Assembly: GCF_963676685.1 (NCBI RefSeq)
Contig: NC_092350.1
Location: 81,840,001 to 81,904,000, forward strand
Direction: 5' to 3'
Length of the DNA: 64,000 nucleotides
DNA from: Mytilus edulis
Lineage: Eukaryota
Part shown: positions 51,235 to 64,000 of the stretch, piece by piece
Numbering within the stretch: position 1 is the first letter of the stretch
How the letters are laid out: each line of letters opens with the position of its first letter
Made by a program: the position numbers and the translations under genes
Notes under the pieces: model-generated
What the model was told of the DNA's origin: nothing
The model's database searches: none
The model's input: the letters and a program-made list of their open reading frames with translations, nothing else

Positions 51235-51462
51235 TTTACAAAATTTACAAAATACTAAGGCTTTTCTACCTCAGGCATAGATTACCTTAGCTGGATTTTG
51301 CAAAATTTTTAGTAATTCTGGTCCTCAATGCTCTTCAACTTCGTACTTTATTTGGCCTTTTTAACTTTTTTGGATTCGAGCGTCACTGGTGAGTCTTTTG
51401 TAGACGAAACGCGCGTCTGCCGTATATACAAAATTTAGTCATGGTATCTATGATGAGTTTAT
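51235..51462 (+). repeat. Retrozyme-like copy with a point-mutated hammerhead core (51378-51423)
   Basis: gcgtca CTGGTGA GTC ttttgta GAC GAAAC GCGC GTC tgccgt. Confidence 0.8.
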
Positions 51463-52612
51463 TTTCATCGGATACGCTCGAAGTTATATTAGATGTTATG
51501 AGAGAAAAATTCATATAAAATTCAATGACATTTTCACCAAAACGTGCCTTCACAGAACATCCGAAATAGTCTTCCAAATTTGTTGAGTTTCATAAGGATT
51601 TTGATCCATTGATCCTCTCGTACTATTGTGTTATTTAAGAATGACTCTCAAAATGTGATTGTCATTTATTTCAGATTCATGTAGTGGTATCCCACCATAA
51701 TTCATTGAAGTTGTAAAAGATTGATCTGCACATTTTGCTTCTTTGTCTTTCATATAATTGTCTTTGCCATTCTTGAGGAAAAATCGGTTTGAAGTTCCTG
51801 TTTCCACTGTATAAGTTAGTAATTCTTCAATGTAGAATTCTCGTCGTGAGTATTCCGTCTGATCAGCAACCACTCTTCTGATCTTTACTCAAGTTAGCTT
51901 TAACTCTGTTCAATTGGATTTTACTCAAAGCCGTGTATTACACCATAATCAAGGTCAAGATAACAAGTGGTTTGCAAACAGCATCAACTTCATCTAGACT
52001 ACTGTAATACCTGAGAAAATGATCTCAGTTTCTGGTCATCGGAATACTCAAATAGACCAATTCAGAAATCATACTTCCGTCTTCATTAACAATATCGCAC
52101 AGTAATAATATATATGTCCTCTTTATCAAAGTACAGACCACTCAAAATTATCAATTCAGAAATCCAAGTTCCGTCCCCATTAACAACATTGTGCAGCCTT
52201 ACTAGTATTGGTACTCGTTATCAACGTCTGAACAAATCAAGATGTTCAAAATAAGACTTCTATTATAGAGATCATATAGAAGGGAATATTTGTAAAATCA
52301 CTTGTGCATGCCATGAGTATGACCAAATTATATTGCACCTAAACAAATCTTTTTGTCATTTATTTTAGAATCATCGTTATCGTAACTATTAGTCCTAGTA
52401 AAAAAATCCCTGGAGGAGATCGAACATCTGTATACTTTAAATGCTTAATGTCAAATATTTGTATGCATATAAATCACATTCTAAAATTTAAAACTAGTTT
52501 TCTTTTAAATTTAGAGGATGTTGTTCGTCAACAATAATGAATCCATATAAAAATCATGAATTTCTACCAATGTAATCTTCATCAACTCTCTGATTTTCAT
52601 TTATATATTATA

Positions 52613-52832
52613 CGGGTGACACATGTGGAGCAGGATCTGCTTACCCTTCCGGAGCACCTGAGATCACCCCTAGTTTTCAGTGGGGTTTGTGTTGCTTATT
52701 ATTCAGTTTTCTATGTTGTGTCATGTGTACTATTGTTTGTCTGTTGTCTGTTTTGTTTTTAGCCATGGCGTTGTCAGTTTATTTTCGATTTGTGAGTTTG
52801 ACTGTCCCTCTGGTATCTTTCGTCCCTCTTTT
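52613..52832 (+). repeat. Penelope-like 3'-end copy
   Basis: acatgtggagcaggatctgcttacccttccggagcacctgagatcacccc...ctttcgtccctctttt. Confidence 0.8.
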
Positions 52833-53338
52833 GTCAACTCGCCAAATTCGAATTGTATTGTTCTGGAAATTTTTATTTATATTGGCCGGTTAGTTTAAAG
52901 GAAAAGTTGTAAATGAGATGTAAGAAGAGTTCAGTAATATCTAGGTGGTATTAAATTATTGCGAACTGAAAATTGTATAAGTAGAAAGTAAAATCACAAA
53001 AATACCGTACTACGAGGAAAATTCAAAACGGAAAGTCCCTAACCAAATAGCAAAATCAAAGGATAAAACACATCAAACGAATAGACAACAACTTTCATAT
53101 TCCTGACTAGGTACAGGCATTTTTAAATGTAGAAAATGGTGGATTGAACCTGGTTTTATAGCGCTAAACCTCTCACTTTTATGAGGCTCGAAATCAGTGT
53201 TCTGATGTCCAACATGGCATGAACGGCCGTTCAGTATTTATTTCCGAAAACCTTGCGTCATTTTTCATATCGAGTTTGATTCGAATTCGCCGTGACATGT
53301 GCAATGACATCAGAAAGGAAAAAATGTACGCTATTCTA

Positions 53339-53562
53339 GAGGGCCCTCATGGGGTTTTTGATTATGTGATTACTTGGCCGTTTTTTTAATGATTATTTGA
53401 TTATTAAGCCAATTATTTCATGATTATTTGATTACCTAGGACTGTATTTTTAGTTTATGATTATTTGATTACTAAAGATAAGCAAATATTTAATGATTAT
53501 GTGATTATATTGGCAAAAAAATGGTGATTATGTGATTACTAGGACCCCCCATGAGGGGCCTC
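53339..53562. mobile_element. 224-bp MITE with 16-bp TIR and 6-bp TSD
   Basis: ATTCTA|GAGGGCCCTCATGGGG...CCCCATGAGGGGCCTC|ATTCTA. The interior carries repeated tgattat(t/g)tgatta. Confidence 0.85.
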
Positions 53563-53899
53563 ATTCTAAGCGACTTAGATAGCTACTTTTAGCCGTTTGG
53601 AAAGGATTGGCTGACAGAAAAAAGTATACTGTGCTATCGAGTTGTATTTTGTATTTGAATTGTCTGACTCCCTTGTGTAAAAATATGCAAATAAATTTAT
53701 TACTTAGTCAATAATTTTGAATGTTCCAATATGCCAAAATAATGCACTTGAAGATGTTTCACACATTGCTCGATCAAATACAAAAGTACACCTTGGCTTG
53801 TAAAGTACATTCTACGGATTTTCATTCTGTGTACAATGTTACAAGAATATGTGATTGTCAATATACTATGTCCACAATTTCCCGAGGCAAATCTACGAT

Positions 53900-54860
53900 A
53901 GATAAAGGTAACAGTAGTATACCGCTGTTCAAAACTCATAAATCCATGGACAAAAAACAAAATCGGGGTAACAAACTAAAACTGACGGAAACGCATTAAA
54001 TATAAGAGGAGAACAATGACACACCATTAAAATGTAACACACACAGAAACGGACTAAGCATTAGACAAAATCCTATGAGAATAACAAATATAACATCAAA
54101 ACTAAATAGATGAACTTGGGATAGATAAGTACCGTGACACGTGCACGTTTTATAGTAATGTGAATTCACACTCAAAAATAAGAGAAAACAAACGACACAA
54201 CGGAAACACAACGTTAAAATGTTACACACACAGAAACGAACTATAATATAACAATGGCCATATTCCTGACTTGGTACAGGACATTTTTAAAGGAAAAAAT
54301 GGTGGGTTGAACCTGGTTTTGTGGCATGCCAAAACTCCCTCTTTTATGGCCATGTGAAATATAACATTAAAATGACAACACAACATTACAGGACTGCAAT
54401 ATAAATAAATAGGAGAACACAATGACAAAAAACACACAAATAGCTAACAAAAGGCAACAAATTTAAAATGTCAATACGCCAGAGTGCATTTTCTCCACAC
54501 AAGACTTACCAGTGACGCCAAGATACAAAAGTTTGAAAGCCGAAACAAGTACAAAGTTGAACAGCATCGAGGACCAAAAGTTCAAAAAAGTTGTGCCAAA
54601 AACGGCCAGGGTTTTCTGTTAATAGGTACCAGAACATCCCTATTATTTAGAATAACTTATACTTTTGCAAAAAATTTATAAAATGACTATACAAAAGATA
54701 TATGATAAAACTGAAGTATTAACTAATTACAGGAAACAACCGAAATACATTACATAACCCGACAAAATGTACAAAAAATAGACACATCCGAATAAGTTAA
54801 AACCTCAACGCCAAGTGACGTCATACTTGAAGTTGTAAAAAATGACAATAAAATGACGTC
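53900..54860. mobile_element. ~1-kb repeat containing a degenerate hammerhead/retrozyme segment
   Basis: The first ~600 bp are colinear with 30020-30455 and continue into retrozyme-like sequence at 54470-54720. The right end is approximate. Confidence 0.6.
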
Positions 54861-55234
54861 ACATTTGAATGAATAAGATAGAATTAGGATTGATTTAAGA
54901 ATTGACTATTTCTGTTAGATCCCTTTTTGGTCATAGATATTCGCCTTGTTTCATCAGCATTTTACCAACTACAAAATCAAAGACCCCGTACCAAATTATC
55001 ATGGAGAAACGCATTTAACGACCAGATGACATATATGTTTAAAAGTATGATTTTTACATGTCATGCCATCAACACAAATATTGTCTTACAAACAACCCTA
55101 TTTTTAGAACGATGACCTTGACTTTAGATATAGGGACTTCAAATTCAGTAGGGATATTCGTCTCACTATAAATAACCATAGATTACAGAAACAACTTTTC
55201 TTTGTTTTGGACATTTGTAAGTAATAGCTGTAAT

Positions 55235-55466
55235 CGATGTCCTGCCTTTTTATTTTTCACTCTATTCGGTCCTGCCTTTTTTTTTTAAAAGTTTATCCTG
55301 ACTTTTTTTTACCTAAATTGTCGTCCTGACTTTTTTTTTGCAAGTGTCTCATCCTGCTTTTTTTTTTTTACTCAAACTCCTGTCCTGACTATTTTTTTTC
55401 AAATTTCATCCTAGCCCCCCCCCCCCCCCCCCCCCCCCCCATAAAAATCAAATGGTGGCTCCCTAA
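55235..55466. repeat. One-ended MITE-like remnant with cctgcct/poly-T units and poly-C
   Basis: Repeated tcctg(c/a)cttttt units, a long C tract and the terminus ataaaaatcaaatggtggctccctaa. No partner end seen. Confidence 0.45.
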
Positions 55467-56777
55467 CTATATGACCTTGAAATATACGATATTGAAATCC
55501 AAATCAATATAGGTATCTTCCTCTTTTTTTCATTTAACCATATATCCAAGTATGGTTTCAATTAAATATATATTATTTGATTTAGCATCTAGAAACTACT
55601 TTTCTGCACTAAGTATGGCATTGATCTTGTAATGGTTGAACCTCTCATCCAATAAGAGATCTTCGCCTCGTTATACCTATTTAAGTTGCAATCTATAGTG
55701 TGTGATAACATTGTGTGAGGGAATTCGACGTTTGATGTACCACTGTTCACTCCAGTGCAATTTATGACAATACCACTGCATCAATCAGAATTATTTTTTT
55801 TTGCAGTGTTTTAAGAAATGATTTTGCTTTGTTGTCGCGTATTATTTGTGAAACATTCAATGTTTTAAAAAGGCGAATTTTCTTTATAAAGTCAATGATT
55901 AAGTTGACTTTTGAAGGCCAAACTTTCTACAGCCTTAAATACGCTAATGAAAGATCCAAAAACTATACCAATACATAACGACATGATTATGAAATTATAA
56001 CAAATCTATTGGTTAACAAATTTTTACTCGTTATTGCAAAATAATGAACTTAATATATCTGACATTTTCTCCCTACCCAGTTTACCCCTATACATTTTTA
56101 TGATGTGGACTGGTCATTGTTATTGAATCGTAGGCAATTTGATTGGATTAAGTTGTTATTAGTTTACCTTCAAACTTGTTTATGCTTTTCATACATGACT
56201 ATTGATTAATTAGAACGTGCATGAATGTGACCGGTAACTAAAATGACCTTCAAACTGGACACTGGACGAGTCAATATTATCATATGTTTTATCAATGAAA
56301 GTTAAGGTATGAAAGGTAAGAATTGCCACTTATTCGATTTTCATAAAATTTTCGGAATATACAGTTGGAAAGGTTATTTTTTAAAAGCCTATTGTGAAGA
56401 GTAAAGAGAAAGTTTACAAATAATACGTTTTGTTCCATTAAACAAGTCATTTTCGTAAGAGAAATACTGAAATATATTTTACGCACGACTACGGCAGGTA
56501 AAATTATTATTTATCATAATAAAAAAAAGCATTTTTCAGTCTCATTGGAATATGTTGATTACAATTAATCCCAAACTTAAGAAGTAAGTAACTAAAGTCA
56601 AAATATGTCCGATCTGCCTATTTCTGCACATTAAAAGTCAATACGATCGTTTTAAAGTCAATTTCGTCTACCTCACAAAATCTTGTTAGGCACTATAATG
56701 TTATTTATATATAACATACTGGAGTAAGTATTCGGAAACGAAAATATCTGACAGGTCAAAGACTATCAATATATTTT

Positions 56778-56825
56778 TTGATTCGAGCATCACTGATGAG
56801 TCTTTTCTAGACGAAACGCGTTTAA
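56778..56825 (+). repeat. Hammerhead fragment of the retrozyme-like family
   Basis: gagcatca CTGATGA GTC ttttcta GAC GAAAC GCG; the 3' stem I strand is lost. Confidence 0.7.
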
Positions 56826-59626
56826 TACTACAAAGTTTAATCCAAGTATGAGTTTATCCCTACCCCATCCTTGAAAGCGATGGGTGTCAAAAATGTAATT
56901 ACGTCATATTAACAATATCAACCTATGAATTATGAGTGAACGTGATAGTTTGCATGGAATATACAGTGTTCGGGTAATTAGATGTTTTCCACTTGTTGTC
57001 AATTGCTTCCAATTGCGTAAACACGTCAATGATATGCTTTCTTCAATGCTGCAATATATGACTAATATCTATTCAGTGTTTTCTATTGTAAACAAATAAT
57101 TCACTTCCAAAGTGTGACCTGGTTTCATATCTCAGAACGTTGCACTGGTATATTACAAGGGAAGATAAATCGATATCAGAGTTTGTTTACGTTTTCTGTT
57201 TATACACGTCAGCCAAAAATAAGTGATTGTTTGAAGGCCAAAATGCAATTGGGAATATCAAAAGTTAAAAAAGATTAAAACGGGAGGGGTAATAGTTTGA
57301 AAAACTGATTGTACAGGGTAATAATGTTATAATATTATGGAGCAAATCCTGACAATATATTAAATGCCCCAGAGCAATCTCTTTTTTTCCAATTTAATAC
57401 TGCATTCAATAACATGTTATTATGAATTTAAGAAACACATTTTAGACTGTTTAAGAAAACTCGACATATTCCTATTATACTTTCAGACAAAAATAACCCC
57501 AGGGCGTTATACTATAGACATTTAAACAGTTGCATAACGGATACTAAATCGGTCAATACATAAACGCTGTTCTATCGTATAAAGTTAAATGACCCAAATT
57601 TAGGTCATGTACTTGAAACAAACAACTAAATCGGCAACCATAACACTATTTTGACAAATAAAGACAAATATGTTTTTCGACTACATGAACTTGTTTTCGT
57701 GATAATAATTACAAGTTACAGCTATTATCTAATAACGAAATGCCTGCCAAGTTTTTCTCGTACTACACGTACCATGTACGCCATAAAAATCTTTGTTTTA
57801 CCGACTGTTTTAAAACACAATAAAGTCGCTTTGAAGTACTTGTAAACGCGAAATAAACCTTGCAACACCAACATCTAAAGGTCGCTATATTAAAGTTACA
57901 GCCATTTGTTTCTCAAAATAATTATTCAATTTAAATTCTTGTTTATTTACTGGTTTTTTGTTTGTTTATAATAATTTAAATATCAACGGTTTTTTTCTGC
58001 TGTGCTGCATAAATTCGGGAATTCCAATACGAAAACAACAGCTGCTGTGATCGATCTATAAAACGACAAAGGAATGTTTTATTGTACACACATTTTTCAC
58101 ATTTGCTGTTAATCTTCGACTTGTCCAACTCTTGTTTGTTTTTATTCTATATTTATTTTTTCATGTTTTATTCATATACCAGTTGATCAAACTAAAGCGT
58201 CCATTTAACTGTAGATCTAACATTCAGTGACCAATATTTGAAGTGGTAGAGTTAACAAAAAGTAACCAAGAAGGCAAAGGATTTGATAATCGGATAAAAT
58301 AAGCTTTCAATTTTCCAGTGAAGATATTTTCCCTAATAAAGCTAACTTAAATGCCTTTCTTAGATGTATCCTGTAGGATTGCTGTCTCTTTCACGTACAT
58401 CCTATGTATCCTTTTATATGATCTTAAAGCAAAAGTAAAGTTTTAACGGTTTAGTGTGTTAAGTATGATTGGGTTCCTATATACATGTATGTTGGTAGGC
58501 AAGTGGGAGTTTTTATCTCTACCCAAGACATCACTTTATCTATGCTTGACCTCAAAATGTCTTCAAAATGTAGGTTAAGGCTAGCACTTTACTTGGGTAG
58601 AAATGTACTGGGGCACACTAAAACAAAGTTTTGATTCCCCAAGTGCTGTTTTTTTCTTTCTCATCATGCCTGACAGATAAAAAATCTAAATAGAGTGTTT
58701 CTTGCACTTTATTTCTTTTACAATTATATAAAACATTAACAAGTTTTAAACAACCAATCTTTCAATAATTACACATGTAAACTGTACCTTTCATGCAATT
58801 TTATACACTTATAAACAATTCTTCCACACTAAATTAGCACAAGTGTACTTCCATACAAAATTAGCACATTTCAAACACACTTCCATATAAAATTAGCACA
58901 AGTCAATATACTTTTCATACACATTTAGCACGGTAAAGAAAAACCATATACTTCCATACAAAATTAGCACTTATTTAACATCCACACAATTTGTATAGAT
59001 TGCACCAAATTAAATTATAACTCCCAGCACTAAATACTGACCGTTTGCAAAAAATCTCCAACTGCTCACAAAATGTCTCTTTGGAACGAAAAAATATCTA
59101 TATCGAAATTACATTAAAAACTAATAATGCCATTTTCAATTGCAAGCGAACATGCATATTTTACAACTTTCACAACTTTTGTTCACTTTTTCTCTCCAAT
59201 TGTTCACAACAAACTTGTATACAATTTTTTCACGAGTTCTTTCTTTTCAGATGGCAAAATTTATATAATTCTTAACATTTCTAAATGAACTTCATGTACA
59301 TGTACCTACAGTTCAGAATATGTTCAAAATTTACAATTAAGTTTTACACATTATAAACAAAAGGTCATATATTCAAGCCATACACTAATTTGCATGTTCA
59401 TGAATATTTAAATTAATAATATCACAGCACCATTTGAAATAAGTTCTGTTTTTCCAGACTGACTGTTGCCTACAACAGCAACGACTTAGTGGTATCAACT
59501 TCCTTTGAGCCTCTACGGGGCGTGTTCAACAAACTACTGATTGTTTGCGAGTTTTCTGAATCCCTGAGGGGGGCGTCAGTCGTTCATAGAATAAATCACA
59601 GATAAATTGTTTGGAATTGTTCAGAT

Positions 59627-59764
59627 CTAATGCTGGTTATCAAGTGTTTGTGTCGAGTCCATATAACTCAGAATAGCGCGTCCTACAATCCGACATTGTG
59701 CTAAATCTTGATATACTTGTTGTGCGTCACAAGCTGGGAAAACATGATACATTGGTGGCTCCAC
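59627..59764 (-). CDS. MDR/alcohol dehydrogenase-like protein, last exon
   Basis: ttccag|VEPPMYHVFPACDAQQVYQDLAQCRIVGRAILSYMDSTQTLDNQH*. GRAIL is the MDR C-terminal motif. Confidence 0.88.
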   Translation of the reverse strand: MEPPMYHVFPACDAQQVYQDLAQCRIVGRAILSYMDSTQTLDNQH

Positions 59765-60195
59765 CTGGAAAATAAATTTAAGCAAAATTGAAAAATTTGT
59801 CACAACACATTAGAACAATTTAAAACATAGTCATACACAAGATGAGCAATGGCATGATATTTTGTATATTAGCAGTATGTTTGCTTTTCTTATGATAAAT
59901 GAGTCGATTCTTAGAATACTTTCATGCTTTAATACAAGTCATTTCTACTTAAATACCTGCCTTTTTAAAAAAAAAAATTCAAATGAACAAAAAATATCTT
60001 TTCCATAACGGCGACATTAAATTACAAAGACTCCCTTTTTAATTTATGTAGCCATCCATTTTATTATCAAAATATATCTTTTGCCTTCTGGTGTTTTTTT
60101 TTCTTCAATTGTTTTTCATTCAACTTGCTTTGTCTTAGGAGATGAAACAAAGAATGACATTTTTCTGTATTTTTTTATTATTAATTTTAATTTAC

Positions 60196-60345
60196 CTTAT
60201 TGTCTGCCACCATGTCGATAATTTGTTGTAGTTGCTCAAATGTTCCCTGAGGAATGCCAGCTATACTTTGTTGTTTAGCAGCGAGTACATTCAAATTAAT
60301 GCTGACTTCTGACAATGTGTTTCCACCAACCAGTATTAAACCCTC
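60196..60345 (-). CDS. MDR/ADH-like protein, coding exon 4
   Basis: AG/GT bounded, 150 nt, phase 0: EGLILVGGNTLSEVSINLNVLAAKQQSIAGIPQGTFEQLQQIIDMVADNK. Confidence 0.88.
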
Positions 60346-60674
60346 CTGAAATGAAATACAAAAGTTATAAGCAACAGTTTACATTTACAATGTATGGCTG
60401 AGGATTTTTATTTTATATATATCCTTTTACAATAAGTAATTTGAACAGAAAAGTAACTTTGTCACACAAGACTTTTTTGAAATCTAAGCCTTCAATTTCT
60501 TCAAAGTGTGTTGTTCAAATGTCTTTGGATGTCAGTTGATATAATTTTTCTAAGATTTGGGTGTATGTAAACATTCTTTAATCTTTTTCACCAATTGAAC
60601 TTAAAAATTACACAAGTCCAAAGATATCAAAAACAGATTTTCAAAGTATGGCCTAAACTGTCAATGAAACCTAC

Positions 60675-60976
60675 CCTATTCAGAACTTTGAGATCTCTTT
60701 GAACTGTTCTTGGGGAACTGACGAAATCGACTATAACATCTACACCGCCTCTGCAAGCGTCTAAAGTCCTCTCTACGATGTACTGTTCATGGTCTTCTTC
60801 ATTCCAATGTATAATGTCATAGCAACCATGATCTTGGGCTGCTAATAGTCTGTCGATGCTGTGATCAGCTACATACACTCGGACCCCATTATCTGTTGGG
60901 CCTACTAAAGCCTGGGCTATTCTGACTGCCCATAGACCTAATCCACCAGCACCAATAATCATAACATTCACACATG
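60675..60976 (-). CDS. MDR/ADH-like protein, coding exon 3 (Rossmann fold)
   Basis: CVNVMIIGAGGLGLWAV...VYVADHS...GGVDVIVDFVSS. AG/GT bounded, phases 1/0. Confidence 0.92.
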
Positions 60977-61228
60977 CTGAAAAAGAAATTAAAATGTTTA
61001 GTTATAAATAAAGGAGATGGATCTTTTATTATTCTGTATGTTAATTCAACGTCCTATAATCTAAACAGAATTTGAAAGATTGATTTAAGATTTTCATATT
61101 TTCTTTTTCCCTGCATTTAGAATTACTGAAATTTATTCTAATTATTTAATATTGATTATTCATTAAATATTGAGGACATGCATCAATTCAAATGTTAGAA
61201 AGTTTTCTGTATCTGACAAGACACTTAC

Positions 61229-61571
61229 ATTTCACTTCTCTTAGTTTCTCCACATGTGACTTGGCTTTAATCAGTGCACAATATGCAGTCAATGCACTTC
61301 CGGACAACTGTGCAGCAACTTCAAGAGGTATTGATGGTGGAATCTGTATGCAATTTGAAACATCACTAACAGCTAAATATTCGGCACAACCTGTGCTTAG
61401 AACACCTTCATCTGGGTACAGAATAACTTTATCTCCCTGTGTGAAGTTTTTATTTGGCAGTGAGCTACAGACATCTTGGACATATCCAGCAATTTCCAAA
61501 CCTGGCAATTGAGGTCTGATGTCCCTCTTTTTAACTTGGCCTTCTGCAAAGCAGGCACCAGCACAAGCTAC
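61229..61571 (-). CDS. MDR/ADH-like protein, coding exon 2 (GroES-like domain)
   Basis: VACAGACFAE...LPGLEIAGYV...GDKVILYP...AEYLAV...IPPSIPLEVAAQLSGSALTAY. AG/GT bounded, phases 0/1. Confidence 0.92.
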
Positions 61572-62300
61572 CTGCAATACATAAACAAATAAAATGAATA
61601 TTTGAGGATCTACAAATGTAGGCTTAAAAGTATATTGTATATAATAAATAAATATATTGCTCAGTGGCCCTTACAATATCAAAAGATCATACACAAGTCA
61701 AGTGCATTTAATATAATTAATATCTAAATTCAAACAAATAAAAATTTAATTGTTTTGGTTTTTTTTTAATTTAGAAGAGACAATTGACCTTTATATGAAT
61801 CTATTGTACATGTACAAGTCATAAATGTGACCATACATTGCAATTAGATATATATAAGAAGATGTGGTATGTGTGCCAATGAGACAATTCTTCATCCAGG
61901 TCAAAATTTGAAAAGTAACCCTTTATAGGTCAAAGTATTTGTAGTATTTGATATACATGTTCAAGTCCTGATTATTTCTGTCCAGATAACCAGCTTTTAA
62001 TCTAAGTTAAATATATGGAATAAGTAAAATTTTTAAAAATATATTGATTAAAATGAAAGTTTGACCTTGTTATCATATGAATACACGTACTCAACACATG
62101 TAGAGATGTATATCATTATCTATTCCATGTAAAAAATGATGTACATTTGTATAAGTGATCATTTTTGTTTCCAGATAATCGTATTCTAATAACTAAAGTT
62201 CAAACTCTGTGAAGTTCCCCAAGTACATCTCTTTAAAAAAAAATTATAAAAATTGAATTACATTTTTTTTAAATAGATAATTAATTAAAATTTAACTTAC

Positions 62301-62402
62301 TCTAACTAATAATCCTCCTTTAGGTATGGGTGGCATTGAAGTTGATCCACACTCAAACGGGGATACACCAACATCATTCAACAATCTTTCGTTATCCAAC
62401 AT
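62301..62402 (-). CDS. MDR/ADH-like protein, first recognisable coding exon (344 aa total from this ATG)
   Basis: ttgcag|aaagATG LDNERLLNDVGVSPFECGSTSMPPIPKGGLLVR|gtaagt. The upstream acceptor implies a further exon, so the true start may lie upstream. The five exons total 1035 nt in frame. Confidence 0.8.
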
Positions 62403-64000
62403 CTTTCTGCAAATAAATAATTTATTTTACTGTCTAACCTTCTAATATATAATACGTAAACTTTCCAGAATTATACTGACTAACGCAATACACACTGTAT
62501 TCATGTATCGATCACTGTATCTGGGACTCCATGTGCATTCAGTAAACACGCACTGATCATTCCAACTTTCATTACGCATGCGTACATAATCATGTTCTTT
62601 TTTTAGACCAAGGGAAAACAGCTGATCAGTGAGTGATCGGTGACCATGAACAAAGAAAACAATAAACCGCAATGTACTAATAAACAAAGTGGGTAGGAAA
62701 CGGTTTAAAATTTTTATGACAACTAGTTAAAAGGGGAATGTACTTGCATTAAAAACATAGAATTGAGATTTTATATTAACTTTTAAATAAATCAAAAAAT
62801 AGTCAGCATTGTTGACAAAATTGTTAGGAAAACATCTTTGACTATACCCTCAGAATAACTGTAATAGTGTAACTGTCCACAATAAACGTTATGTAAAGAA
62901 ATTCGAAAAACGAAAAATATTTTGTTAAAGAATAACATAGTTATGAATAAATTATAAACTTACCTTATTTTATTTATTACAATATGTTTATCATATAATT
63001 TTATAATCCTTGGTTATTTGAATATTAAAATATTCCTTCAAATGTTAATATATTTTCACAATTTCTTCTCAATAATATTATCCAACTTTACAACAGCAAT
63101 GATTCAAGCAAACTGAAGTCTGTATCATGTTTATCACGCTAAAATGTAAATATAATCCTTGGGAATCACCCCGTCTTCACGTGGACACAATTCGGTCGAG
63201 GGGCACCGACAGGATTCAGTGTTCTTGCATATGTATTGGATTTGTTTACGAGTAAAAATAATGACTTTAACAAGTTAAGATTTATTGATTATTTTTTATT
63301 ATTTTACTGTATTTGATTTGAATTCCAAAAGCAAGTAAATTCCAAATAAACTATGTTAAAATATCGTCTGTTATAGAGTTCATTTTGTCTATTTTAACCG
63401 CAAGGTCAGTCAGCCGACAATGAAGTGAACAGCATCTACTGAGAGTATACCAGTGACCCAGATTAGTGAGGTCAAGAGATAATATTCGTGCCATCAAACG
63501 TGACACATAAAATTGAATATTATTAAAGTTTTCTGTTTTCAGTTTGATTAAAATGGAGAGCTTGATGCGAATAATTTATTGTTTTCAATCAGGAAAAAAT
63601 AATGTATAAGATTTCTCTGTGTGCACCTTGATCCACCTTGCGTGCAGCATTCGTGGTCGAATTCTGTCATGTCATTTTTTTGGTGTGAATTGTTTTGTTT
63701 TTATTCTTTATGCGGTCGGTAGGTATTATTATTGACAATTAAAAATGAGGCGTATAATTAAATATTTATTGGTTATTGAAAAAGAATTGCATCAGATTTG
63801 CTGTTAGTGTGTGCTCCTTGCGTGCAAAATTCGTGATCGAATTACTAGTCATTTCTGATGTGCATTTGTGCAACACGTAACCATAATATCACGGTTTAAA
63901 TTTGTGATATGTGTACTATTTGGGTGTTGCAAGGTATAATAATGATTCAAAATGTTTTTTTATTCTTTATTCTAAAGATGGTATTTTTCTTTTAGCCCGG

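Overview
AT-rich, intron-containing animal DNA. The repeat families and C1q-domain gene cluster suggest a bivalve such as a Mytilus-type mussel (inference). Positions 1-14.3 kb hold four tandem two-exon secreted C1q-domain (C1qDC) paralogs on the + strand: one partial, one intact, one interrupted by a transposon and one with a premature TGA. Positions 14.3-59 kb are repeat-rich and gene-poor, with Penelope-like 3' fragments, many hammerhead-ribozyme (retrozyme-like) repeats, MITEs, a Helitron, a 1.8-kb long-TIR element and a 394-N gap. Positions 59.6-62.4 kb hold a five-exon MDR/alcohol-dehydrogenase-like gene on the - strand that has lost its zinc ligands. The main finding is the 2.4-kb insertion at 4311-6706 inside a C1q exon. 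It has DNA-transposon-type ends (TATGG...CCATA, 6-bp TSD) and ~700-740-bp TIRs built from nested 8-mer palindromic arrays. Its core is an internally deleted Penelope-like reverse transcriptase ORF that ends with no endonuclease. A type III hammerhead ribozyme has its predicted GUC cleavage site exactly at the inner TIR boundary. All calls come from reading the sequence by eye; no searches or folding were run.
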